The notes beneath the pieces are model-generated. The model saw only the letters and a list, made by a program, of their open reading frames with translations, was not told the origin of the DNA and ran no database searches. The translations under genes were made by a program, and so were the position numbers. From Thermoplasmata archaeon (GTDB lineage Archaea > Thermoplasmatota > Thermoplasmata > Thermoplasmatales > Thermoplasmataceae): a stretch of 64,000 bases of DNA. Below are positions 39,490-49,507 of this stretch, piece after piece (position 1 is the first letter of the stretch; the number at the start of each line of letters is the position of its first letter). The stretch spans positions 45,318 to 109,317 of the forward strand of contig JAKADM010000004.1 in NCBI GenBank assembly GCA_021820525.1, given 5' to 3'.

Positions 39490-40863
39490 ATGACAAGAAT
39501 AGAAAAGGATGTTCTGGGAGAGGTTGAACTTGAGGATAATGTGTATTATGGTGTAAATACAATCAGAGCGAAGAACAATTTCCAGATCTCTGGAATAGTG
39601 GAGGATTCAGACCATATAAGAGCAATGACCATAGTGAAGAGGTCTGCTGCAATTGCAAACAACAGGCTCAAAGCCCTTTCTGATGAGAGAAAGGAGTTCA
39701 TTGTAAAGGCTGCCGATGAGATCCTGTCAGGAAAATACCATGATCAGTTTGTTATTGATGTTTATCAGGCGGGAGCAGGAACATCATTTAATATGAACAC
39801 AAATGAGGTAATTGCCAATGTTGCTCTGGAGCTTTCTGGAAGAAAGAAAGGTGAATATTCATTCATACACCCAAATGATCATGTAAATATGAGCCAGTCC
39901 ACAAACGATGCCTATCCCACAATGATGAGGGTCAGTGCTGCATACAAAGGCCAGAAGTATATGGATGAATTGAAGTTGCTCATAAAGTCAATGGAAAGGA
40001 AAGCCGAAGAGTTCAAAAATGTAAAGAAGCCTGGAAGAACACATCTTCAGGATGCAGCACCCGTAACTTTGGGTATGGAGTTTTCTGCCTATGCGTATAC
40101 ATTGAAAAAGAATCTGAAAGATTTTGAAAATGCAATGGATTTTATCATGGAACTGAACATAGGAGGGACTGCCACAGGCACTGGAATAAACACTCCTGAC
40201 GGATATCAGAAGGAGGTTGTATCTGAGATCGCAAAATTTACAGGTTTTAATTTCAGGCCAAGCACAAATCTTCCAGGAATAATGGAATTCCAGTCAGATT
40301 TCGCAAGGTTGCAGTCAGCAGTGACTGCAAACGCCCTTGACATAAACAAGATGGCAAACGACACAAGATTGATGTATTCAGGGCCGGGAACAGGTATCCA
40401 TGAAATATTCATTCCAGCGGTTCAGCAGGGTTCATCCATAATGCCCGGAAAGATCAATCCATCCATAGCTGAGGCAATGAATATGATATGCCATTCTGTT
40501 ACTGGGGCACAGACTGCCCTGAACATGTCAGTTCAGGCTGGCCAGTTCGAACTCAACGTAATGATGCCAAACATAGATTATGAACTTTCAAGATCACTGG
40601 ACATAATGACCAGTGGAATGAAGATGTTCAGAACGCTCCTCATAGATGGAATAAAGGCCAACGAAGAGGCATGCAGGGAGCATCTTTCAAAGAGCTTCGG
40701 ATCTGCAGCACTCCTGAATCCCTATCTTGGATATGATACAGTGGCGAAGATTGTAAGGGAGGCCCTGGAAACTCACAGGTCCATAAAGGAACTTGTTATG
40801 AAAACAGGAAAGCTATCGGAAGAGGAGTATGTAAAAATAATGAGTGGGGGAATAAAGGAATAA
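39490..40863 (+). CDS. Aspartate ammonia-lyase / class II fumarase (AspA-like signature)
   Basis: QAGAGTSFNMNTNEVIAN, SQSTND, GRTHLQDA, GSSIMPGKINP. Confidence 0.9.
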   Translation: MTRIEKDVLGEVELEDNVYYGVNTIRAKNNFQISGIVEDSDHIRAMTIVKRSAAIANNRLKALSDERKEFIVKAADEILSGKYHDQFVIDVYQAGAGTSFNMNTNEVIANVALELSGRKKGEYSFIHPNDHVNMSQSTNDAYPTMMRVSAAYKGQKYMDELKLLIKSMERKAEEFKNVKKPGRTHLQDAAPVTLGMEFSAYAYTLKKNLKDFENAMDFIMELNIGGTATGTGINTPDGYQKEVVSEIAKFTGFNFRPSTNLPGIMEFQSDFARLQSAVTANALDINKMANDTRLMYSGPGTGIHEIFIPAVQQGSSIMPGKINPSIAEAMNMICHSVTGAQTALNMSVQAGQFELNVMMPNIDYELSRSLDIMTSGMKMFRTLLIDGIKANEEACREHLSKSFGSAALLNPYLGYDTVAKIVREALETHRSIKELVMKTGKLSEEEYVKIMSGGIKE

Positions 40864-40914
40864 AACAGATTTAAAGACACAAAATCTTATATTTCTTATT
40901 TCCGTTAGAAAACA

Positions 40915-42045
40915 ATGAAGTTTGTAAAGTCTACAATTTTGTACGATGGAAGGGCCAGTAGAAAGGATACATATATTGGTTTTGAAGGAAACACCATAAA
41001 ATACGTTGGAAATAAAAAGCCGGAGGGTGATATTATTGCAGAAGGCATTGTGACCCCCGCCTTTATAGATCCCCACAGCCACATAGGTCTTGAAAGATCG
41101 GGTGAACCCGGAAGGGAAGGGGAGGCAAACGAACAGATGGATTCGGTTCTTCCACTGGGAAGGGCTGTGGATGGTGTATACATGGATGATACGGCCTTCA
41201 TGGAATCCATTGAAAACAATGTTTTATACAGCGTTGTACTCCCAGGAAGCGGAAATATACTGGGTGGCATGGGCTCACTTATCAGAAATTTCGGAAAGAA
41301 CATCAAGGAGGCCTATGTTAAGGATATAGGTGTTAAGATGGCCCTTGGGTACAATCCAAGGAGTACTGTTGAATGGAAGGGCTTGAGACCAAGCACAAGG
41401 ATGGGCGTGGCATCCATAATAAGGGACAAATTCACAAGGGCGAGAAAAAACCTCAATCTTATGGAAAAGGGAAAGAAGAGTTCGGATGAGATTGATCCCG
41501 ACATGGAATTCCTCATAAGCATCATAAAGGGTGAAAAGAGGATAATGTGTCACGTGCATAAGGAGGACGATGCCTTCTTTTTAATGAGCCTGGTGGACGA
41601 TTTTGGGATAAAGCCCATTGTAAACCACGGTATGGATTTCCACAGCCCAGAAATCCTCCATGATATGAAGGAAAGATCCATTCCACTGGTTTTCGGCCCC
41701 ATGGATTCCCTTCCCTATAAGGTGGAATTAAAGCATGAATCCTGGAGGAATGTGAAAATGATCAGGGATTCAGGGGTAAAGTTTGCCCTTATAAGTGACC
41801 ATCCTGTGATTCTTCAGAGGAATCTCTTCCTGACAACAAGGCATTTTATGAGATTTGGTGCCTCCAGAGAGGAATGCATATCCTATCTCACATCAAGACC
41901 GGCAGAGATTCTTGGCCTTAATGACCTTGGAACCATAGAGGAGGGGAAGCTTGCATCATTTTCCGTATGGGAAGGAGATCCGTTCACATTCGAGGGTCAT
42001 CCAAAACTTGTTATAGGAGAGGGAAGAACAGTTTACAGCGAATAA
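40915..42045 (+). CDS. Metal-dependent amidohydrolase
   Basis: IDPHSHIG, KMALGYNP, SDHP. Confidence 0.9.
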   Translation: MKFVKSTILYDGRASRKDTYIGFEGNTIKYVGNKKPEGDIIAEGIVTPAFIDPHSHIGLERSGEPGREGEANEQMDSVLPLGRAVDGVYMDDTAFMESIENNVLYSVVLPGSGNILGGMGSLIRNFGKNIKEAYVKDIGVKMALGYNPRSTVEWKGLRPSTRMGVASIIRDKFTRARKNLNLMEKGKKSSDEIDPDMEFLISIIKGEKRIMCHVHKEDDAFFLMSLVDDFGIKPIVNHGMDFHSPEILHDMKERSIPLVFGPMDSLPYKVELKHESWRNVKMIRDSGVKFALISDHPVILQRNLFLTTRHFMRFGASREECISYLTSRPAEILGLNDLGTIEEGKLASFSVWEGDPFTFEGHPKLVIGEGRTVYSE

Positions 42046-42111
42046 TTTTTATTCTACCAAAATTTTATTGGCTCAAAGGTTTTAAGATAATCTGCCATAG
42101 GGTAAGGGATA

Positions 42112-43326
42112 ATGGCAAGAAAGATCTATGTTGAATCCTATGGATGCACCCTTCAAAAATCAGAAACCGGGATGTATGTAAATGGATTAATGAATGAAGA
42201 TGATGTTATAACAGAAAATCCAGAGGAGGCAGACATAAGAATCATAGGAACATGCGCAGTTATTAAAAAAACAGAAGACCATATGCTTGAAAGAATAGGT
42301 TTACTGGGAGATATGGGGAAAACAAAGGTCATTGGATGCCTCCCTCCCGTATCCATGGGTACTCTGAAAGAGAAAAATGTTGAAACAATCAATGCATCAG
42401 AATTCAGGGATCTTTACAGGGGAAAGATGGATAATATTGAGATAAGGGATGTATCCATACTTGACGGCATACCCATAAACCAGGGATGCACAGGCAGCTG
42501 TAATTACTGCATTTCAAGGGTTGCAAGGGGAAAACTTCTTTCAAGGCCCGTGGATAAAATAAGGGGCCAGGCCGAAATGCAGATATCCAGAGGCATAAGG
42601 GAAATAAGAATATCCTCTCTGGATACGGCGTCCTATGGGAAAGATCTTGGAGTCAGGCTTCCCGATCTAATAAGGGGAATCCTTTCCATACCTCAGGATT
42701 TCATGCTCAGGGTCGGCATGATGGAGCCCAAAAACACACTGGAAATACTTGACGATCTTATAGATGCCTATGAAAATCCAAAGGTTTTCAAATTTCTTCA
42801 TATCCCTGTGCAGAGCGGAGATGAAAGAATCCTTGAGGCAATGAACAGGGAATACGAATCTTCAGCCTATTATGAAATAGTGGAAAAGTTCAGGAAGAAT
42901 TTCCCTGATATGACCATATCCACAGACATAATAGCAGGATATCCAGGGGATGATGAGGAATCCTTTGAGAAAACAAAATATCTCCTTGAAAGGTCAAGGC
43001 CTGATATTGTGAATATAACAAGATTCAGCCCGAGGCAATACACACCTGATTTTGGAAAAAAGACACCTGTTTCAAATCTCATAAAAAGATGGTCTCAGGA
43101 ATATACTGAAATTCACCATAGAATCCTCAAGGAAAAATATGAATCGCTCAAAGGAATTGAGGAAAATATAATGATAACGGAATGGGGAAAAAATATGACA
43201 AGTGTTGGCAGGGATATTTCCTACAGACCTGTCGTAATACCGGGAAGAATGGATAAATATTCATGGGTTAAGGTGAGAATCATAGGATCGGGTGGAACCT
43301 ATCTCACTGGCGAATCAGTTGATTGA
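42112..43326 (+). CDS. mtaB: tRNA t6A37 methylthiotransferase (archaeal/eukaryal MtaB type)
   Basis: ESYGC, GTCAV, CTGSCNYC, HIPVQSG; C-terminal TRAM-like region. Confidence 0.88.
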   Translation: MARKIYVESYGCTLQKSETGMYVNGLMNEDDVITENPEEADIRIIGTCAVIKKTEDHMLERIGLLGDMGKTKVIGCLPPVSMGTLKEKNVETINASEFRDLYRGKMDNIEIRDVSILDGIPINQGCTGSCNYCISRVARGKLLSRPVDKIRGQAEMQISRGIREIRISSLDTASYGKDLGVRLPDLIRGILSIPQDFMLRVGMMEPKNTLEILDDLIDAYENPKVFKFLHIPVQSGDERILEAMNREYESSAYYEIVEKFRKNFPDMTISTDIIAGYPGDDEESFEKTKYLLERSRPDIVNITRFSPRQYTPDFGKKTPVSNLIKRWSQEYTEIHHRILKEKYESLKGIEENIMITEWGKNMTSVGRDISYRPVVIPGRMDKYSWVKVRIIGSGGTYLTGESVD

Positions 43327-44328
43327 ATCCACATTTACAATCTCATCAAATATGTATTTTCCATTTCCCTTGCCCTTGAATATCATAAGGAACTCCTGCG
43401 CTGTGAGTATGGGCGTCTCATATCTCATGAAATCATCGGTTGCAACTCTCGGGCACCCGGTGAATATGATGCAGTCAGGTCTCATGTTTTGAAAATCAAT
43501 GGGGTTTGATTCGTTTGCATAGGCAATGATTGCAACTCTTCCCATATCCTCGATCTCCTTCCTTATCTTTTCAGCAAGCTTGAGCCTGAACTGACCAACC
43601 TTTGTATCCACCACAATGACGAATTTTTTTGCATCAAGGGCTCTTGCCATATTGGCATATCTTAACCTTACTCTTTTCTCAGCCTCTGCCTTCATGGAAT
43701 GGAGACGGAAAGGTTCACTCATATCTATGAGGAAAACCTCCTTATCCGTGACAAGCTGGGCACCCATGGAATGGAATGTTCCTGTTGACAGTATTATGTG
43801 GCAGTCTGCCCATGAATCATTGCTGTGGATTGGGCTGTAGTTGCATCCAAGAACCTGTCCAGGATATTTCAATCTCCCGTCATTCTGTCCTATGCCTGTT
43901 TCAAAGCCATTCTCCTTAAGAAAGGTTTCAAGTTTTCCTGCTCCTTCCCTATACTGGATGGAATAGAGTATTCCGATCTTTTTGTATCCCTTCTCCCTGA
44001 TGGGAGTCAGGTCAAGATCCTTAAAATCCTCATTTGATGGATGTACATATTCCTCAAAAATTACAGGTACGCCGTAATTCACATTGGGTATTTCCGTATG
44101 GCCCATCTGAACAACTGCATCCACACTCCTGTATTCATCCATTGTACCTGTGTCGCATGCCCCGAAAAATCCTTCTGAACTTACAATAACCTGAAAATTT
44201 TTGGAAAGCTCCGTAAAATAATCAAATACATGAGGTTTCAATCCATCTGGAAGCTGAAGTAGAATCCTCTTTGCTCCCATGGACTTTAATTTTTCAATAA
44301 CTTTCTGTGGATCCATATAATTTGTCAT
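43315..44328 (-). CDS. dph2: Diphthamide biosynthesis enzyme Dph2
   Basis: LQLPDGLK, FGACD, GQVLGC, GCPR. Confidence 0.95.
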   Translation of the reverse strand: MTNYMDPQKVIEKLKSMGAKRILLQLPDGLKPHVFDYFTELSKNFQVIVSSEGFFGACDTGTMDEYRSVDAVVQMGHTEIPNVNYGVPVIFEEYVHPSNEDFKDLDLTPIREKGYKKIGILYSIQYREGAGKLETFLKENGFETGIGQNDGRLKYPGQVLGCNYSPIHSNDSWADCHIILSTGTFHSMGAQLVTDKEVFLIDMSEPFRLHSMKAEAEKRVRLRYANMARALDAKKFVIVVDTKVGQFRLKLAEKIRKEIEDMGRVAIIAYANESNPIDFQNMRPDCIIFTGCPRVATDDFMRYETPILTAQEFLMIFKGKGNGKYIFDEIVNVDSIN

Positions 44329-45572
44329 ATTTCCCTATCACCTTCCTGTTTAAGCATACTGCTAAAAATTTCTTTTACATTGATCATTTTTCCCTTCACT
44401 ATTATGATATCAGGTGTGAGTGAATCCCATCTATAAAATATATCTTCCAGTGAACTGGCCCTGAAAAGAAGCATATCTGCAGACATGCCATCCCTGATCC
44501 TGCCTGCAGTTTCCTTTATATCAAGGGAAGATGCAGGGTTTGCAGTCATTGCGGTCAAAACCTCTTCAGGGGACATTGAACATTTCCTTATGGCAAGATT
44601 TCCGGCGAACTGCATATTTGGTACTGGAGAAAGGGGCGAAACATCCGATGCAATGGAAACGGGAATGCCGGAATCAATAAATTTCCTTGCATCTGCATAT
44701 TCTTCCCCAAGGGAAAATGCAGTTATGGGGAGAATTGTTGCAGAACTATTTCCTCTTTTAAAATGTACCAGATCCTTTTCATCGGTTTTAAGAAGATGAT
44801 CCATGGAATATATTTTGAAACTTTCTGCAAGGGCTGTGGCACCTATATTCTGAAGTTCATCGGCATGCAATCTTATCTTCACCTTATTTTTCTGTGCCTC
44901 ATGGAGATATCTTTCTGTTTCTTCCACAGTGAATGCGCCCGCATCACAAAATACATCGGTAAAATCCACCATTCCCATGAGCTTTTTCATTGTTTCTATG
45001 GAATCCTCCACGAAATCTCTTCCATAGTTTGCTGGCGGTCTTGAATGCATTGGAAGTGCTGTTTTGATTATTCTGACCCCACTGATCCTTTCAAGGGAAT
45101 ACATGACATTTACCATCTTTTTTTCATCCTCAAAGCCTTTCCCATAACCGGTTTTCATTTCAACGGTTGTGGCACCATGAATTATGTGGTAAATAAGTCT
45201 CTCCAATGTTTCATTTAATATGGTTTTTTCATCTGATTCAGATGTAGTTTTTATGGTTCTTCCTATGCCATTTCCAGACTTTAGAAGATCAAGGTACGTA
45301 ACGCCCCTGGCACGCATGACAAACTCCTGTTCCCTGCCTCCAGCATAGACCATGTGGGTGTGGGAATCAATAAGGCCAGGAATGGCTATGAGATTGGAAC
45401 AATCTATCCTTTGTCCTCCATGATCTTCCTCCTGAAATTTTCCATCTTTTACATAAATGGTTTCATCATACCTTTCTTCAATTTTTCCCTGATCTTCGCC
45501 GGAAAGGTATCCATTGCCCATGGGGCTGTATATTTTTTTAATATTTTCAAGAATATATGGCATAAAAAACAC
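44325..45572 (-). CDS. hutI: Imidazolonepropionase
   Basis: IDSHTHMVYAGGR..EF, EMKTGYG, DVFCD.GAF, HADEL, DHL. Confidence 0.9.
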   Translation of the reverse strand: MFFMPYILENIKKIYSPMGNGYLSGEDQGKIEERYDETIYVKDGKFQEEDHGGQRIDCSNLIAIPGLIDSHTHMVYAGGREQEFVMRARGVTYLDLLKSGNGIGRTIKTTSESDEKTILNETLERLIYHIIHGATTVEMKTGYGKGFEDEKKMVNVMYSLERISGVRIIKTALPMHSRPPANYGRDFVEDSIETMKKLMGMVDFTDVFCDAGAFTVEETERYLHEAQKNKVKIRLHADELQNIGATALAESFKIYSMDHLLKTDEKDLVHFKRGNSSATILPITAFSLGEEYADARKFIDSGIPVSIASDVSPLSPVPNMQFAGNLAIRKCSMSPEEVLTAMTANPASSLDIKETAGRIRDGMSADMLLFRASSLEDIFYRWDSLTPDIIIVKGKMINVKEIFSSMLKQEGDREI

Positions 45573-45574
45573 TC

Positions 45575-46270
45575 CTAAAGGGGCATTCCAGCAATGAATG
45601 CCGTTACCGTAAGAATATAGGCAATGAGGATAAAACCCATGAATGGTATCTTATATGATACGTATTTTTTCCCATTTCTTTCAATCTCACGGAATCTGAT
45701 TCTGTCAACATTTCCTTCATATCTAACGTAATATCCCATTTTTCCCGTTACCTTTTTTGTATATATGAACGACCAGATAAGCGCAGCAGATGCAGAAATT
45801 CCAAGATTAAGAACAAAGAAAATTACCAGCGGTATCTCTATCCTGTAATATGTCCCAAGGGTAAGGGACAGGGGAAAGAACGAAAGAATGGAGGCAATTA
45901 TGCCCTTAAGATCACCTATGCCAAAGAGTTTTTCCTTTGTGCCCGAAAGCCCTACAAGACCAACAATTATGAGGTTAATATTCTCAATTATGGAATCCTT
46001 AAAGAGAAATATGCCCACCGCAAGCACAAATATTATGGGAAGTGGAAAAACCCATATTTCTGGGTTAAGGAAAAGCAGGAGCCATATAATGTCCGCAAAC
46101 AGAGGAAAGATATAATTTCCAGTTGAAACTATTATGAAAATATTGGAAATTGCCATTAAGGGCACAAATATGAGGAAATTAACACTCCTCCTTTTATGAT
46201 CATTATATGTTGCTATGACAAAGGTCAGTATTGCAATGGAAATTGTGATGTAAAAAAGAAGATCATTCAT
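45575..46270 (-). CDS. A24 prepilin/prearchaellin peptidase-like membrane protein
   Basis: N-terminal YNDHKRR aspartate, FGIGDLK (GxGD), C-terminal IPFM. Confidence 0.7.
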   Translation of the reverse strand: MNDLLFYITISIAILTFVIATYNDHKRRSVNFLIFVPLMAISNIFIIVSTGNYIFPLFADIIWLLLFLNPEIWVFPLPIIFVLAVGIFLFKDSIIENINLIIVGLVGLSGTKEKLFGIGDLKGIIASILSFFPLSLTLGTYYRIEIPLVIFFVLNLGISASAALIWSFIYTKKVTGKMGYYVRYEGNVDRIRFREIERNGKKYVSYKIPFMGFILIAYILTVTAFIAGMPL

Positions 46271-47126
46271 CCTTTTTTCCCTGTTTTTTCAGATATTCAA
46301 AAATGTAGGAAAGATCCTTATTTTTACCCTCACCCATGGCAAGGGAGAATTCAGATTCTGCAGCAGAAGCCGAAATGTGGGGCGTATCTATCTGCTGGGA
46401 AAGTTCAATGGCATATCTCAGATCCTTCAGCTGGTGGCCAAGTGAAAATTCCGGGCTGAAATCCTCATTCCCTATCCTATCCTTTTTCAGGTCGAGAAGT
46501 CTGCTCATTGCGCCCCCTGACTGGAGCGCATCCACAATGGTACCATAGGGTATGCCCATGCTCTGGGAAAGGATTATGCCCTCAGAAAGGGCAGTCATTA
46601 TTGTTCCCATAACAAGATTATTGGAAAGTTTCAGGGCAATGCCAAGGCCGTCCTTTCCTGCGTATATCTGCTTTGCAGAAAAGGTTTCAAGCATTCCCTT
46701 TATCCTGTTAAAGTCTTCCTTTCTTCCCCCTGCAACTGCTGTGAGTTTGCCTGAAACAGCTGCGGGAACGCTTCCTATAACAGGGCAGTCAACATAATAG
46801 TTGCCACTGTTATGCACGGTTTCATGATTTCTTATGCTCTGTCTGAATGATATGGTGGACATATCCACAATAAGCTTATTTTTTACCTTTCCCTCAATTA
46901 TTTTATTAACCACTTCCCTGGATGCTTCGGAATCAGTTACAATTATGAATATGACATCTGACGATTTTGCAACATCCTGAGGGGAAGATTTTGCGATCTG
47001 TTTCAAATCAGAGGGGATTTTCTCTTCGGTTCTGTTATAAACCGCAGAAACCATAAACTTGCTCATCAGGTGCCTGACAATTGGCTCTCCCATCCTTCCC
47101 AGACCTATGAATCCTATCTCATTCAT
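46263..47126 (-). CDS. Beta-hydroxyacid dehydrogenase (3-hydroxyisobutyrate dehydrogenase family)
   Basis: GFIGLGRMG, DMSTI, DCPVIG, KLSNN, KDL. Confidence 0.92.
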   Translation of the reverse strand: MNEIGFIGLGRMGEPIVRHLMSKFMVSAVYNRTEEKIPSDLKQIAKSSPQDVAKSSDVIFIIVTDSEASREVVNKIIEGKVKNKLIVDMSTISFRQSIRNHETVHNSGNYYVDCPVIGSVPAAVSGKLTAVAGGRKEDFNRIKGMLETFSAKQIYAGKDGLGIALKLSNNLVMGTIMTALSEGIILSQSMGIPYGTIVDALQSGGAMSRLLDLKKDRIGNEDFSPEFSLGHQLKDLRYAIELSQQIDTPHISASAAESEFSLAMGEGKNKDLSYIFEYLKKQGKKDE

Positions 47127-47129
47127 TTC

Positions 47130-47894
47130 CTACACCTCAAATACAGGGGACCCGTAAACCTGCTTTGCGCATTCAATGCTCCTGAACTTTATGTCCCTGT
47201 TGACAAGATGATCCCGTACGTGCTTATAAGCTATTTCAGGTGTATTATTTTCATCGGAAAGATGTATGAGAACAATGTTTGTATTTTCTCCGCTTATCTG
47301 TTCAAGGGCAAGGGCCGCCTGCTCGTTGGACATATGGCCATAATCGCTTGAGATCCTTCTTTTCAGATGCTCTGAATACGGGCCTGTCCTGAGCATCTCC
47401 GTATCATGGTTTGCCTCTATGGCAATGATGTTTGAACCAGCGACTTCATCGGCATATTTCATTGGAAAATATCCCAGATCGGAAAATGTGGATATCTTTC
47501 GGCCCTTATGCTCAACTATGTAGCCCACAGGATCAACAGCATCGTGGGATACAGGAATGGCCCTGATGTAAAAATTGCCTACGCACAGATCATCCCCCAT
47601 GACGTACGATCTGTCAAATTTCATTGCATTTCTGGTCTTTTCCCTCAGATATATATCGCCCTTCAATCTTCTTGAAGCTACGGGAAGGCCAGATGCGTGA
47701 TCCCCATGTTCGTGTGTTATTACTACTGATATGTTCGAGAACTGGGCATCAATCTCCTGTATCCTGTTATTGAATCTTTTCATGGAAATCCCAAAATCAA
47801 TAACAATGGCATCCTCGCCGTCCCAGATGATCGTGGAGTTGCCCTTGCTTCCACTGGAAATTATATTCATTTTAAGGTCTGACAATGAATTCAC
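47130..47894 (-). CDS. MBL-fold hydrolase, YycJ/WalJ-like
   Basis: SSGSKGN, THEHGDH, SHDA, EANHD, GHMSN, HLS..NN. Confidence 0.9.
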   Translation of the reverse strand: MNSLSDLKMNIISSGSKGNSTIIWDGEDAIVIDFGISMKRFNNRIQEIDAQFSNISVVITHEHGDHASGLPVASRRLKGDIYLREKTRNAMKFDRSYVMGDDLCVGNFYIRAIPVSHDAVDPVGYIVEHKGRKISTFSDLGYFPMKYADEVAGSNIIAIEANHDTEMLRTGPYSEHLKRRISSDYGHMSNEQAALALEQISGENTNIVLIHLSDENNTPEIAYKHVRDHLVNRDIKFRSIECAKQVYGSPVFEV

Positions 47895-48250
47895 TATAAC
47901 TCCTAAATTCTTAAATTTTTTTTAATTTGGTCCATAAATTCTTTAAAGTGTGGAAGGATAGAAATGTTTTAAAGAATATTTGATGGATTGAAATATATCT
48001 GAAATCATGTGAACTGGATCTCTGTCCGATTTAATTTTAATATAAACAGATCTTTTTTGGCATTTCCCATTGGATCATATTTACTAAAATGCATGATTAA
48101 ACATTGACATGATTATATTCATTCTCAGCACTTACCTGTGGAATATTTCAGAAATAAGTTGAATTATGCAATGATTTGATGCAGTTATATGAAACATGAG
48201 AGTATTTAGAAATAAACAGGCCAGTTTTCCCATAAAAAATATCCTTGCAG

Positions 48251-48691
48251 TTAATTTTTTTCTCCTTTTCCATCAGCAGGTGTATATATGTACAGGCCTG
48301 TGGGCCAGTTCCCTTCCATTCTGTACGAACCTGCAACGGCATATTTCTGTCCCTTCTCTATAAATTCATCGTCAAAAAGAACTTTCATTCCTCTATAGAA
48401 TCCATAGGGATAGCCAAGCGGATTCACACCGGTAATTTCTATTCTTTTTCCCCTTGCATCTTCCCTGATGGCTCTCATCCCGTCTATTGCCCTTCTTACA
48501 AGAAATATTCCGTACAGGCCAAGGGATATGACAACTACAAGGTATGCAATAAGGCCGTACACATTGAAGAATGCAATATATGCGGCCTGGGGGGAACCAA
48601 GAAAAACAAGAATCAAAAGGGAGAAAAACAGAATAAAAATGAAAAGAATCCCATAGGACATATTTTTCGAGTATCTTTTCCACTCATCCAT
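48251..48691 (-). CDS. Hypothetical 2-TM membrane protein (start taken as ATG 48691)
   Basis: Two hydrophobic helices followed by a soluble domain. Confidence 0.65.
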   Translation of the reverse strand: MDEWKRYSKNMSYGILFIFILFFSLLILVFLGSPQAAYIAFFNVYGLIAYLVVVISLGLYGIFLVRRAIDGMRAIREDARGKRIEITGVNPLGYPYGFYRGMKVLFDDEFIEKGQKYAVAGSYRMEGNWPTGLYIYTPADGKGEKN

Positions 48692-48797
48692 GGGAGACAA
48701 TAATGCATATAATATATCATTTTTTAATCCGGGTGAAAATCAATGTTTTTTTCACAAATTTAACGTGGGGCCAGTATTTTCGCTCACTTGTTCATTT

Positions 48798-48823
48798 TTT
48801 TTCCATGGAAAAACCTATTTAAA
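48798..48823 (+). promoter_or_regulatory. polB2 cassette promoter with a 16-bp palindrome next to the TATA box
   Basis: TTTTTCCATGGAAAAA (48798-48813), then tatttaaa (48816-48823), 22 nt before ATG 48846. Confidence 0.5.
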
Positions 48824-48845
48824 CGGACTGCTGATTCTTTTGATT

Positions 48846-49328
48846 ATGAACAGAGGTTCCCTTTCCATAATGATCTATCCTGAATTCTCAGACATATTAA
48901 TGGACAGGCTCACGGAAATCTTTTCTGTTTCATCGGCTTTCAGAATTTTAGTTTCAGATGGGATTATTCTGCAATACCATCACATGGAAAGGCTCAGAAA
49001 GATGGATGGGCACATACAGAGAATACTCACATCCCACCAGTTAATAAAAATAATGGGGGCTGAGCAGCAGATGGACACTGCCCTCATAATGAGAAGTTCA
49101 ATTTTGGATGACTGGGGAAAGGAAAACACTGACTATGTTCTGGATACCATGCCGCTCTGGCCATTGCAGTCAGGAACAATCATATGCCTTTTCCTTGTGG
49201 GTGAGCCATCGCCCCACATAAGGATGAACCATACAATGGGAATCTCATACTTTGCGAATAAAAAGAGAGGTGATAATTTCAGATGGGGAGAAACAGCCCA
49301 ACGTCAAGGCAGGTTATGGAAGAAATAG
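48846..49328 (+). CDS. PolB2-associated protein, possibly a degenerate RadA-like fold (start moved to ATG 48846)
   Basis: First gene of the cassette. IQRILTSHQL resembles the R.FT..Q segment of RecA-fold accessory proteins. No Walker A. Confidence 0.5.
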   Translation: MNRGSLSIMIYPEFSDILMDRLTEIFSVSSAFRILVSDGIILQYHHMERLRKMDGHIQRILTSHQLIKIMGAEQQMDTALIMRSSILDDWGKENTDYVLDTMPLWPLQSGTIICLFLVGEPSPHIRMNHTMGISYFANKKRGDNFRWGETAQRQGRLWKK

Positions 49329-49507
49329 GCAGGGCAATAGAGAAAATATCGTCATCCATGAGATCAGATGACAGGGAGCTTGTAAGGGAAATAATACTCA
49401 TGGGGAGAACACATGCATCAGAGATGGATCTTTCATTGATCTCCCCTGAGATGGCCTTTTTGCTGTCTGCAATTGTTGAAATGCTGAGGGAGATAAAAAA
49501 TGAATGA
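49283..49507 (+). CDS. Small PolB2-associated helical protein (arCOG07300-like)
   Basis: MGRNSPTSR N-terminus; RBS gaggtga; overlaps the polB2 start. Confidence 0.75.
   Translation: MGRNSPTSRQVMEEIGRAIEKISSSMRSDDRELVREIILMGRTHASEMDLSLISPEMAFLLSAIVEMLREIKNE

Noticed and set aside
47840-47862. ORB-like TTCCAGTGGAAGCAAGGG on the minus strand, a few kb from cdc6
   Set aside because: Single copy, and it encodes the conserved SSGSKG motif of the MBL hydrolase
47895-48250. 355-bp AT-rich intergenic region as a possible oriC
   Set aside because: No repeated ORB-like boxes; only a short catgatta duplication
48690-48845. N-terminal extension of ORF 48690-49328
   Set aside because: Runs through the divergent promoter region; TATA spacing supports ATG 48846
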